63,298 bases of DNA, taken from Chiloscyllium plagiosum. Lineage: Eukaryota. Every line of letters starts with the position of its first letter. Positions within the stretch are counted from its first letter, which is position 1. The notes under the pieces were generated by a model that was not told where the DNA came from, did not search any database, and saw only the letters and a list, made by a program, of their open reading frames with translations. Below are positions 1 to 12,489 of this stretch, piece by piece. The stretch lies in contig NC_057720.1 of NCBI RefSeq assembly GCF_004010195.1, positions 3,271,481 through 3,334,778 on the forward strand, in the 5' to 3' direction. Made by a program: the position numbers and the translations under genes.

Positions 1-585
1 AGCCCATACTACCTCAGTTGACGAGTCCCCAAACATCCTTTCTGCAACTGTAATACTGTCCTTGACCAACAATGCCACACCTCTCCCTCTTTTACCATCT
101 TCTCTGTTCTTACTGAAACATCTAAATCCTGGAACCTGCAATAACTATTCCTGTCCCTGCTCTATCCATGTCTCAGAAATCTCAGGTACCAACCCATGCT
201 GCAAGTTCACCCACCTTATTCCTGATGCTCCCGGCATTGAAGTAGACACACTTCAAACCAACTTCTTGCTTGCCGGTGCCATCTTGCGTCCCTGAAACTT
301 GATTTCGGACCTCCCTACTCTCAACTTTTTCTATACTCGAACTACAATTTTGGTTCCCATCCCCCTCCTGTATTAGTTTAAACCCACCCCAATAGCCTTA
401 GCGAATTTCCCCCCCCAGGATATTGGTACCCCTCTGGTTCAGATGAAGGCCATCCTGCTTGTAGAGGTCCCACCTACTCCCAAAAGAGCCCCAATTATCC
501 AAGAATCCAAAACCCACCCTCCTGCACTATCCCTGTAACCACGTGTTCAACTCCTCTCTCTCCCTATTCCTCGCCACACTAGCAC
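1..585 (-). mobile_element. CR1-type LINE fragment (ORF1 end / ORF2 endonuclease start)
   Basis: The reverse strand resembles the CR1 ORF1 3' end and ORF2 start seen at 4900-5460 and 48270-48400 (shared ctcgc..ctagcacg, gagc.c.aattatcca segments). Confidence 0.65.
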
Positions 586-3139
586 GGAAGACTAGAGGAT
601 TTGACAGGCTAATTGATGTTTTAGGCTGAGATAGATTCTTGATGGTCGGGGAATTGAGGAATACAGGGAAAGGATGGATGTGAGGAATGTTGGATCAGCC
701 ACAGTCCTGTTGAATGGCAGAGCAGACTTGAGGGGCTGAGTGGCCTCCTTCTGTTCCTATCTCTTTACGGTTTTATGATTTTACAGGATAGGGCTGGATT
801 TAAATTAGGCAGATAGGGGAAAACTGACCCCATTAGCTGCTGATGGGAGAACTGAGCGCCACAGGTTTGAGGTGCAGTGGGGATGTGAGGAGGAAGCATT
901 TGACATGGTGAGTGGTAATGATTTGGAACTCGCTGGCCGTGAGAGTAATACAAATGGAGACAACGAATGATTTCAAGACACGATTGTGATGGTCTTTCAG
1001 GAAAATAGAGTTGCAGCAGTGATGGGATAGAACCCTGGAATGGGGCTGAATGGTATAAAGCCCTACTAACTCTTGCATTGCAGCTGTCTCGGGATTGCAC
1101 TGCTGTGTTAAGTTTCAGTGCTCAAACCTGAGAGTCAGAGCTAAACCCACAGCCCTCTGACTCACAGGTGAGAAACTGTTACTCACTGAATCACACAAAT
1201 GAGCTGACTCAGAATTTACATCAGGAATAAAGGCTCTAACAGGTTATAGATTTGCAAATTAATAAAGTAGTGACGCATACATCGTATGATCATTCTGTTG
1301 TAAAAAGAAAGCAAACAAAATCGTGCAGATGCTGGAAATATGAAACAAACTGAGAATACTAGAGAAACTCCAAATCTGTGCAGAGAGAGAGAAACAGTGT
1401 GAACATTTCAAGTCTTCAGAACTGAATGGTGTTGGAAATGTGTTTCTTTTTAATATTTTCAACGGCGGCACAGGAGGAGCAAGAGGGTAGAAGGATGGGG
1501 TGGGGTGGGGGAGTGGAGAGAAAACAGGGTTTAATTCTAGAGGGACTGAATTGAAACGGATCGAAGTTGTGTCAAACTTTCATAGAAACTTGGTTGGAAC
1601 ACATTTGTTTTGCTGTGACTTCATATTGTGGCAGTGCAGAAGAAAAGATTACAAGGGTTAGCAGCAGAGAGAAGAGGCTATAATTTATTTGTAAAAATTA
1701 AACAGACTGGAGCTGTTCTCTTTCCAACTCCTCCACCCTTGTGGGCAGCATGTTCCAGATCATTACCACTCACTTCTCTCTCTTTGGTGGAAGTCTTTAA
1801 GATTATGGGTGTTCTGTTTGGTAGCTGGTTATAGAAAATATATCCACTTGGCAGGGAATTCAAAACTTAGGAGCCACAATTATGAGGTATTCAATCGTGG
1901 TCAGTGGAGGGAGACCGGGGTCATCTCTCTGACCTGGTAGCAACACCTTCTCCAGAGAACCTCAGGAAGGGCAGTAACTGATGCCCAGCCAGTGAAACAT
2001 GTTTGCTTTCACTTTAAAATTGACCTTCTAAATTAAAAAAAAGTTTAAACCTCACCAAATGTGGACTTAAAGTTTAATAAATGTGGGAAAATTAAAAGAA
2101 GGCTTGCTGATGGTGACTATGATTGTTGTTCATAAACCCGTCTAGTTCACTAATGTCCTTTAGGGAAGGAAATCTGATGTCCTTACCTGGTCTGGCCTAC
2201 ACGTGACTCCAGATCCACAGCAATGTGGCTGACTCTTAACTGTACCCTGAAATGGATGGGTAGTTCAAGGGCAATTAGGGACGGACCACAAGTGTTGGCC
2301 TTGCCAGTGAAGTCCATATCCCATGAAAGAATTTTGTAAAGTTTTGTAAATTATCAGGAGAATCAAAGAAAGTAACTTCACTACCTAGAGGGTGGTATTA
2401 ATCTAGAATTCACCAGCAGGAAGTCTGGTTGACGTAAATAGAACAGGTACATTTAACAGAAAGCTACGCAACTGGAATTTCCAAATCTGAGACTTATCAT
2501 TTGACAGAACAATGGCAGCAAATGCTTGAGGGCACCTCCATTGTCCAAGTCTCCTCCAAACCACACACCATCAAACAGCAGGGAATGTGGGCTCAAAACC
2601 TTCAGCAGCACAGCTCCATTTTGTGGCAATTGTTCATCAATCACTCTGACCGTTGACCCACGGCCAAACTTCAGAGCGACAACATTGCAGCAGTTGTAAT
2701 GGCTGTGAGATGTTGACCATATAATAGCTGGTTTATTGCATGTAGCAGGGAAGTTATTGGTGAATATTTGTATCTTTAGGAGGCCTGCAGTCTGCTCTGT
2801 TTCTTTGAACATATTTTTGTGTAGTTGAGGACTTATTATTGAAAAGTTTCTGTTTGTAACTTGTTAACATGAATGATGGATAATGAGTTGGAACTGAACT
2901 AAAGGTATTTTTGGAGGAGATTATGGTTTGATGATTTATGACCAATTTGAGTTTATGTATTTGGTAGGGTTTTCAGAATCAAGGTAGATGTAGGGCAACT
3001 GTTAGGATCGATTTTTTTTTAAAAAGGCACTGATTAAGGTATTGTAAAAGAAGCAATGATGTGTGAGTGGAATTCTCTTCATGAGCCAGTGTTTAGGCTC
3101 TGGAATGTTCAACCTGGAAATGAGGCAGAGGTAGATTCA

Positions 3140-4062
3140 GTCATAGAGTCATACAGCATGGAAATAGGCCCTTCAGCCCCACTTGGCCATGCGAACCAGG
3201 TTTTCTTAACTAAACCAGTCCTATTTGCTGGCATTTGGCCCATTTCCCTCTAAACCTTTCTTGTTGTACTATTCAAATGGGTATTTTAAGTGTCATAATT
3301 GTACTGGTCTCTACCATTTCCTCTGGCAGCTCGTTCCATACACACACCACTCTCTGTGTGGAAGTAGTGCCCCTCAGCTCCCTTAAATCTATCCCCTCTC
3401 ACTTTAAATCTATATCCTCTAGTTTTGGACTCCCCTACCCTGGAGAAAAGATCTTGGCTATTCACCTTATCGATGCCCCTCATGATTTTATAAACCTCTG
3501 AAAAGGTCACCCTCAGCCTCCAATTCTCCAGGGATAAAAGTCCTAGCCTATTCAGCCTCTCCTTATAATTCAAACTTTTCAGTCTTTGTAGCATCCTTGT
3601 AAATTCTTTTTACACCTTTATCCAGTTTAATAACGTTCTTCCGACAGTACGTTTTTCCACGTATGGAGTCAGCTATTACGAGGGGGCATAGCTTTAAATT
3701 AAGGGGGGTAGGTATAGGACAGATGTTATGGGTAGATTCTTTACTCAGCGAGTCGTGAGTTCATGGAATACCCTGCCAGTAGCAGTGGTGGACTCTCCCT
3801 CTTTATGGGCATTTAAGCGTGCATTGGATAGGCATATGGAGGATAGTGGGCTAGTGTAGGTTAGGTGGGCTTGGATCGGCGCAACATCGAGGGCCAAAGG
3901 GCCTGTACTGCGCTGTAGTTTTCTATGTAGGCCAACCAGAATTGTATGCAGTACTCCAAATGTGGCCTTACCAATGTTTTGTACAGTTGTAACATGATGT
4001 CCCAACTCAATGTTCCGATCAATGAAGGCAAGTGTGCCAAATGTCGCCTTCACCATTCTGTC
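3140..4062. mobile_element. CR1/HER1 LINE 3' fragments: a + strand 3' end (about 3650-3928) nested in a - strand copy
   Basis: ORF2 C-terminal motifs YKERLNRLGLLSLE..RLR, VYKIMRGIDKV and TRGYRFKVRG, with short tandem 3' tails. Confidence 0.85.
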
Positions 4063-6549
4063 CAATCGAGGTATTCAACAGGGAATAAAACTATTACCAG
4101 AGAAGGCAGGGTTACAAGAAAACGATTGGAACGGGTGAAAGGAGCTCTTCTGAGAGTGAGCACACACCAAATGGGCCAAGTGGCCTCCTTGTTGCTATGA
4201 CTGTTGTGGTTTTGGAAATAGCAGTGTAATGTGACCGTGGAAGACTGGGAGCAGTTTATGGTCTGATATCTCGGTTGTGTTACAGCAAGTTGTGACAACC
4301 AGACTCCTGGTGGGGTTCCCACTTCATCTCCACATCTTGATTCATCCTTTAGTCACCCAGTTTGTCACTGGAAAGTTAGTTTAAAAAGGAGCTCTGCCCT
4401 TGTGCGTTCCTTTGGTGTTTCCCGGAATAGAAATAAGAGGGGAGCCAAAACATATTCAAAGTGAAATAAGAGAGGAATGCATCAGTGCCTGAATTGTTAT
4501 TGTTGTACTCCGTTCTCACGAGGGAATATCTATGAGGCTGAGATTGTCATGGATATTTAGTGAGACGGTCCCACCAGCGGGAAGAGCTATCTACACAGGG
4601 AAGAGTCAGGGTGACCACCAAGAAGACGAGTAAGTGTGGGCCAGTAGGGACAGAGTCATCTGTGGCTATTCCCTCTCAAACAGGGATACAGGGGAATGCT
4701 GGGGGAATGGCCTCTTGGTGGGGGATGGGTGGGGGAGGAGGGGAGGTGAAGCAGCAGCAGCAGCTAGATCAGTGGCACCATGACTGGCATTGTTGTAGTG
4801 CAGGGAGGGTCGAAGTGCAGGTGAACAGTAGTGATGGGGCACAGGCTTTTCTGTGCCTGCGAGTGAGACCCCAGGCTGGTGAATTGCCTCTCTGGTGCCA
4901 GGGTCAAGGATGTCTGAGTGGGCACACGATATTCCGAAGGGGGAGGGTGAGCAGCCAGAGGATGTGGTCCACCTAGGTACCAACAACATAGACAGGAAAA
5001 GAGACAAGGTCCTGCATAGGGAATTCAAGGAGTTAGGTGGGAGGATGAAAAACAGCACATCTAGGGTTATAATCTTGGGATTACTCCCTGTGCCATGTGC
5101 CAGTGAGACTTGGAATAGGAAGATAGCGCAGTTTTACAAACATTGGTAAAGAGCTGGTGTAGGAGGGAGGGCTTCAGGAATGTGGATCATTGGGATGTCT
5201 TCAGGGACAGGTGGGACCTGTACAAGAAGGATGGGTTGCACCTAAACTGGAGGGGCGCCAACTGATTAGGGAGAATATCCCAGGTGTATTGAGAGAGGAC
5301 ACCTCAGAGGGCTGATCTAGCGAGACAGTGTGGGGCGGACTCAGAAATAGGAGGGATGCAGTCATTTTGATGGGATTGTACTATAGGCCTCCCAACAGCA
5401 CGTGGACGACAGAGGAACAGATATACGGACAGATTGCGGAGAAAGGTAAAAATAACAGGATAAGGACCTGATCAGATGTACCCTAGGATTCTGTGGGAAG
5501 CTAGAGAAGTGATTGCTGGGCTTCTTGCTGAGATATTTGTATCATCGATAGTCACAGGTGAGGTGCCAGAAGACTGGAGGTTGGCAAACGTGGTGCCACT
5601 GTTTCAGAAGGGCGGTAAGGACAAGCCAGGGAACTATAAACCGGTGAGCCTGACCTCAATGGTGGGCAAGTTGTTGGAGGGAATCCTGAGGGACAGGATG
5701 TACATGTATTTGGAAAGGCAAGGACTNNNNNNNNNNNNNNNNNNNNNNNNNNNNNNNNNNNNNNNNNNNNNNNNNNNNNNNNNNNNNNNNNNNNNNNNNN
5801 NNNNNNNNNNNNNNNNNNNNNNNNNNNNNNNNNNNNNNNNNNNNNNNNNNNNNNNNNNNNNNNNNNNNNNNNNNNNNNNNNNNNNNNNNNNNNNNNNNNN
5901 NNNNNNNNNNNNNNNNNNNNNNNNNNNNNNNNNNNNNNNNNNNNNNNNNNNNNNNNNNNNNNNNNNNNNNNNNNNNNNNNNNNNNNNNNNNNNNNNNNNN
6001 NNNNNNNNNNNNNNNNNNNNNNNNNNNNNNNNNNNNNNNNNNNNNNNNNNNNNNNNNNNNNNNNNNNNNNNNNNNNNNNNNNNNNNNNNNNNNNNNNNNN
6101 NNNNNNNNGTATTGAGTACAGGAGTTGGGAGGTCATGTTGCGGCTGTACAGGACATTGGTTAGGCCACTGTTGGAATATTGCGTGCAATTCTGGTCTCCT
6201 TCCTATCGGAAAGATGTTGTGAAACTTGAAAGGGTTCAGAAAAGATTTACAAGGTTGTTGCCAGGGTTGGAGGATTTGAGCTGTAGAGAGAGGCTGAACA
6301 GGCTGGGGCTGTTTTCCCTGGAGTGTCAGAGGTTGAGGGGTGACCTTATGGATGTTTACAAAGTTATGAGGGGCACGGATAGGATAAATAGACAAAGTCT
6401 TTTCCCTGGGGTGGGGGAGTCCAGAACTAGAGGGCATAGGTTTAGGGTGAGAGGGGAAAAGATATAAAAGAGACCTAAGGGGCAACTTTTTCACACAGAG
6501 GGTGGTATGTGTATGGAATAAGCTGCCAGAGGAAGTAGTGGAGGCTTTT

Positions 6550-7217
6550 TAGATTAGATTAGATTAGATTAGATTCCCTACAGTGTGGAAACAGGCCCTT
6601 CGGCTCAACCAGCCCACACCGACCATCCAAAGACCAACCCACCCAGACCTATTCTCCCCCCCCGACCCGACCCGACCCGACCAATGCAGCCAACACTATG
6701 GGCAATTTAGTGTGGCCACCTGACCTGCACATCTTTGGACTGTGGGAGGAAACTGGAGCATCCAGAGGAAACGCACGCAGACACGGGGAGAATGAGTGGG
6801 CGGCACGGTGGCACAGTGGTTAGCACTGCTGCCTCACAGCGCCAGAGACCCGGGTTCAATTCCCGACTCAGGCGACTGACTGTGTGGAGTTTGCACATTC
6901 TCCCCGTGTCTGCGTGGGTTTCCTCCGGGTGCTCCGGTTTCCTCCCACAGTCCAAAGATGTGCGGGTCAGGTGAATTGGCCATGCTAAATTGCCCATAGT
7001 GTTAGGTTAAAGGGGTAAATGTAGGGGTATGGGTGGGTTACGCTTCGGCGGGTCGGTGTGGACTTGTTGGGCCGAAGGGCCTGTTTCCACACTGTAAGTA
7101 ATCTAATCTAATCTAATCTAATGTGCAAACTCCACACAGACAGTTGCCCAAGGCTGGAATCGAACCTTGGACCCTGGCGCTGCGAGGCAACAATGCTAAC
7201 CACTGAGCCACCGTGCC
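6550..7217 (-). mobile_element. HE1-type SINE inserted in CR1 and itself interrupted by a second SINE
   Basis: (TAGAT)n tail at 6550, body split at GAGAATG|...|ATGTGCAAAC, and flanking AGGCT duplication. Confidence 0.88.
6798..7121 (+). mobile_element. Full-length HE1-type tRNA-derived SINE
   Basis: A box TGGCACAGTGG, B box GGTTCAATTCC, V-domain GTGGAGTTTGCACATTCTCCCCGTGTCTGCGTGGGTTTCCTCCGG and (AATCT)n tail. Confidence 0.93.
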
Positions 7218-7419
7218 AAGGCTAGCACAATTGCAACACTTAAAAGGCATTTGGATGGGTATATGAATAGGAAGGTTGGAGAGATAAGGGACGGGTGCTG
7301 GCAGGTGGGACTAGATTGGGTTGGGATATCTAGTCGGCATGGACAAGTTGGACAGAAGAGTCTGTTTCCTTGTTGTATATCTCTATGACTCTATGACTGT
7401 AATTGTGGTGGGGAAGATT

Positions 7420-8170
7420 GTGTCTCACAAATTTGATTGAGTTTTTTGAGGAAGTGACAAAGGTAATTGATGAGGGCAGGTTGGTAGATGTTGTCTACAT
7501 GGACTTTAGCAAGGCCTCGTGGCAGGCTGATACAGAAGGTGAACTCAAACGGGATCTGCGGTGAGCTGGTAAGAAGGGATCAGAACTAACTTTGTCACAG
7601 AAGGCATACAGTAGCAATGGAAGGGTGATTTTCTGCCTGGAGACCTGTGACCAGTGGTGTTCCACAGGGACCAATGGTGGGACCCCCAAATAAAAATGAT
7701 TTGAAAGAGAATGCAGGTGGCCTGATTATTTTGAGAATGACACAAAACCTGGGGGAGTGGCTGTGGTTTGTGAGGAGGATTGCCAGATGATGCAGTAGAT
7801 ACAGGTAGGCTGGAGATTTAGGTGGGGAAGTGGCAATGGAGTTTAATCCAGACAAACGTGAGGTGATGCATTTTGGAAGATCTGATGCTGGAGGAATATA
7901 GTCAAAAAGGGTGGCACAACACAGCAGGTCAGGCAGCATTCGAGTGGGGTTGGGGAACTGTCAGGTTGGAGGCCGTGGATTGGAGATCCCCTGAGGTGAT
8001 GAGGTTACGGATGGTTTGGGAGATGATGGTTCGGTGATGAGAGGTGGAGTCGTGGTCGAGGGGGTGGGGGTAGGAACATATACAGTAAATAGCAGAGCAC
8101 TTAATAACATCAACATACAGGGAGATCTAGATGTACAGGTCCACAGTTTTCTGAAAATGGCAACACAAGG
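7420..8170 (+). mobile_element. Degenerate CR1 RT fragment
   Basis: Remnants of NLIEFFEEVT, DVVYMDFSKA, SGVPQG and WQMEFNPDK, with frameshifts. Confidence 0.75.
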
Positions 8171-9104
8171 GAGGAGGTGTATAGAGGCAGAGTCCTGGAG
8201 ATGCTGTTAATGTGAAATGAAACAGAGAGTGCCGGAAAGGCTGTGTGTATATGAGAGTACCCATGTTGCAAGGAACAGAGTCAGCAAAGTTTAACAACAA
8301 GCCCCTGGCCTCCCCTCCCTGAGGGTCAGGCTGGGGTCTTTACTTCCTTCCTACCTGTGGCCCACTTAATATTGGGTGAGGACAGTTGAGGTCCTTAAGT
8401 GAGTAATTAATACACATTTAAGGGTCTCATCCTCCCACCGTCAAATAAGCCCCAAATCTGGAAAATACTCCATTTGTTTGCAGCGAACAGGCTGCTGTGT
8501 ACGAATGTGTTGCTTTCAGAAAGCGTAAATGAGTTGTGCTACCAACCTGACTGTTTGTGTAAGTTGATTGTTAGTCTGCATATTTGAGATTGTTCAGCAA
8601 GTGGATAGCAAAGTGATATTGCAGAGAAACAAACTCACTCATGTCTATTTACAGGATCCTAGACAGGGGACCCTTGACATCCAGCAGTTAGCATTTGATT
8701 GTCCCTCAGTGGCTGGAAGACTCGTTCTCTTGACTGTCAAACATGGCACCCCCCACCCTTGTTTCAGCCATCGAACACCCCTCCAACCATGATCTGTCCC
8801 ATCATAACTCAGCATTGGTTCCCTGTGACTTGGAGAAAATTCTACCCTGCATCTCAAATCAAACTTTTGTAGGAACTGACAGTCAGTGAATCACATTAAT
8901 AATAAACATTTCTATAGAATCTCCATGGTGTGGAAGCAGGCCATTTGGTCCATCAAGTCACACTGTCCCTCTGAAGAGCAGCCCAGCCAGGAACACCTCC
9001 ATATCTTATCCCTGTGTTTCCCATGGCTTACCCACCTAGCCTGCATAGCCCTGAACACTTTGGGCAATTTAGCATGGCTTATCCACCTAACCTGCACATC
9101 TTTG

Positions 9105-9586
9105 TGTTGTCCCACTTCCCTATCCCCATATCAGTTGAAGCAAACACTCAGAGACACAGTATAGTTTTACCTCCTCCATCTTTATTCTGGACCCTGGAGA
9201 GAGAGAGAGAATGATTGCCCATGTGCACAGAGACATGAGTTCTCGGTCTTCTCTCGAACGGCAGATTTTTAAGGGATAATATAGCCACTTAGAGGGAGCA
9301 GCTTCCAAATAAAGCAACATCTATATTGATTGGGTGACCGTCACAATCAGCGAGCATCAACAGTAAAGATTAAACCATCTGGCATTATACAGTGGATGTT
9401 CTTAACCTTGCTAACTGGCATTACATAATGGATGCTTTTCACCATGTAAACACACGACCCTTGCCTCCAGCACCTCACTGTCTACTGCAAGTTCTTATCT
9501 AGTCGAAGTCATGCGAGCTGAGCCTTTGTCAAGGAACCCAAAACTTAACACTTTCCCTGCCTGCTCATATCTTAAATACTTTCTCA
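9105..9586 (-). mobile_element. LTR (3' LTR-like) of an LTR retroelement/ERV
   Basis: On the - strand it begins TGAGAAAG right after the polypurine tract AAAAGGAGGGAA (9587-9598), contains a TATA-like element and AATAAA (9181-9186) and ends ...GGGACAACA. Homologous to 14481-14682. Confidence 0.7.
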
Positions 9587-10174
9587 TTCCCTCCTTTTAT
9601 CATTCCATGATGACCCCTTGGATGGCACTACCAGCTTTCATAAGACTGTGACAGCCATTATTTAAGCAAGTTATTGACACGCAGCATACAATGATTATAA
9701 CAACAAAAATTATTCGTCCATTACAGTAAATAGAATTTGAAGAATCCTCCCAAGTGGAAAAACATTTTACCAGTAAAATTCTTAAATCCACAGTCCTTAG
9801 TGATTACTCCACCCCCTCCAAGTCAAGTGGAAATGAGACAGTTATCCAAAATCTCCTTCAGTAAAGTCCAACCTGAAACAAAATTCAGTCTGTCCTTACA
9901 CACCACTCCACGGAGAAATCTGAATTCTTGGATAAGGGCAGTTAAATACTTAACAAAGCAGCCGAGACTTCCATCTTTGTGGAGATGCTTCAGATGGAGG
10001 ATCCCAGCGCATCGGAATGTGCAGTGCAGCAGCTGCAGCTGGAGGCTAGATGAATGCAGCATTCTTTGCTGCTTCTGCTCCCGCTCTGCTGTTAAATGTA
10101 ACAAAGCCAACTGGCTGTGTGATGTTAGCTTGATCAGTGAACCTTCATATCCCTTAAATGATCGAAAGACAAGG

Positions 10175-10545
10175 TAAAGGGTGACTTAATCTAAATGTAT
10201 AAGATAATCAGAGGGTTTGATAGGGTGGACAGTGAGAGCCGTTTTCCTTGGATGGTGAAGGCTAACACAAGGGGACTTACATATAAATTGAGGTGTGATA
10301 GATTTAGGTCAGATATCGGGGGAGTTTCTTTACTCGGAGAGTAGTAGGGGCATGGAACAACCTGCATGCAACAGTAGTAGACTCGCTGACATTAAGGGCA
10401 TTTTAATGGGCATTGGACATACATATGGATAATAATGGAACAGTGTAGGTTAGATGGGCATCAGATTAATTTTGCAGGTTGCGCAACATCAAGGGCCAAA
10501 GGATCTGTACTGCACTGTAATGTTCTATGTTTTGTGTTCTATGTA
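10175..10545 (+). mobile_element. CR1/HER1 LINE 3' end
   Basis: YKIIRGFDRVDSESRF motif; 3' UTR similar to 3650-3928 and 26900-27228; (TTCTATG)n tail. Confidence 0.85.
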
Positions 10546-10899
10546 AAGCTCATGTGGTTTAAAGTCCATAGGAAGGCCACTGTCAAAATGTGTACCGACC
10601 TCCTCTTCATCATTGTTAGCTTCTTCAATTTTTGAGCTCGTGACTGAGGAGTTGATTGAATCTGTTGGATCAGGCTGTGCGGGGGGTGGGCGTTGGTCCA
10701 AAGGTGTGCTTTACCTGTGAATGGAGAAACACTCTGGACGATATTAGCTGCTGAAATTATCTTTGCATTTCCTCTCTCATTCCTTCCTTGCCAAGGTGGG
10801 TGTCAGTATGAAGACAGTCACACATTTAACTACATTGAATTGTGTCTGCCGATTTCAACATTCTCAGTCGTCTTGAAGTCTGTTACTCTGTTCACTATT

Positions 10900-11195
10900 A
10901 AAGAACAAAGAACAAAGAAAATTTACAGCCCAGGACCAGGCCCTTTGGCCCTCCAAGCCTGAGCGGATCCCAATCTACTGTCTAAACCTGTCGGTCAATT
11001 CCTAAGCATCTGTATCCCTCTGCTCCCCACCTACTCATCCATCTATCCAGATGCTTCTTAAATGAATCTATCGTGCCTGCCTCTACCACCTCTGCTGGCA
11101 ACACATTCCAAACGCCCACCATCCTCTGTGTGAAGTACTTACCGTGTGTATCCCCTTAAACTTTCTACCTCTCACCTTGAAAGCGTTACCTCTCC
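10900..11195 (-). mobile_element. CR1-type LINE 3' end
   Basis: (AGAACAA)n tail and a CR1 3' UTR-like sequence. Confidence 0.7.
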
Positions 11196-12489
11196 ATAAG
11201 CCTCTAAATTGTACTGCCTAAACAATTCAGTTATAAACACCAATCAGTGGTCCTAAAATCAAACCCTCAGATACCTCATTCAGGTTATTCAAAAATTATT
11301 TTCCTTTAAAAATTGATACTTGGCTCATGTGAAAGTTGTCAGGAAAAGTATTTGAAAAGTCTGGAACATCAAGAAAACAACAAAATGTTTCCTGCGCTTT
11401 AGCCATTGAAGAGGCAGTTTCAGTTCCGATTTAAATCTCAGATATTTGTGGGAAACAAATGCAGAATCTATTCGAACATGTTCTCCAAATGAAAGTTCCC
11501 AAATGAGACAGTTGGAATTACAGTGGCAACTTTGGTAGAGATCAACATTCTTTGAATTTGCAACATGGAGGGGGCCATTGACGTCTTAATGATAATTAAC
11601 AGAACAGCTCAGCCTCAAGTTTGAATATTCTGTAAAATCTTAGCAAAACATCAAACTCAAAATGCACTCTTCTTTTTGTGAACACTGCATTAAATACACA
11701 GCAGCAAAGATATATTTTAATACAATACTCTCATCTGGCTAAAGCTTGACCTCTGACCCAATTGTTGCTTTTTAAATTGGCATTGTAGAATTTCAAACAC
11801 ATCAGGGGCTCAAGGCTTTAAAATTAGTCAATCTGTTTTAAGGCTATAAGTATGATAATTCTAAAAAGGACATAATGTTATACAATTTCAATGTAAAAAC
11901 GAAATCTGCCCCATTACACAGCCCAGAAAACACATTGAATTGAGATCCTGTTTCAAACAAGGCAAAACAGTTACTTAAAAGGATTTTCTGAACCAGTATT
12001 TTAACAAACCAAAATGTTTAAACGACAAACACTCTCAGCATGGCACAATTTACATTGAAACTTCCCTTTCTGACCTAAGTATTAGCACAACTTTAATTTC
12101 AGCATTTCTCATTTTTTTTGCATCCTCTTGATGAAATTACACTTATAAAAAGAGAAAGGCCACCCAACAGACCACATGACACCATAGTCCATGCCACTCC
12201 CTTCCCCCAGAACGAAGACTCGCAGAGTCGAGTCCACAGCACAAACACCCGGACAAAGCTTCCCCGGCAGTCAGTACAGCCCACTGTCAGGATCCGAGAG
12301 GACCGGCTCCACTTTCACCCCTCCCTTTCCCAGTGACGCCACATTGTCTAAGAGGACTTCTAAGGGGAGGTGTGGGGGACAAAGAAGATAACTTTAAGTA
12401 CCAAATTCCAACTTTATTTTTGGAGCCTCAAATTTCACCACGAGGGGATTTTAACCCTTTCTCACTTTACTACTACTTACTCTGTGTCC

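Larger units (their letters stand above)
4590..7400 (+). mobile_element. Degenerate CR1 LINE pieces (ORF1 esterase, ORF2 EN/RT; N gap 5727-6108) with nested SINEs
   Basis: SGNH-esterase-like VVHLGTNNI and VIILGLLPVP; ORF2 motifs YPRILWE, VPEDWRLANVVPLF, NYKPVSLTS and LYRTLVRPLLEYCVQFWSP; (CTATGACT)n tail near 7380-7398. Confidence 0.88.

Noticed and set aside
6798..6870. tRNA-like sequence with A and B boxes
   Set aside because: It is the head of an HE1-type SINE and continues into the V-domain; it is not a tRNA gene.
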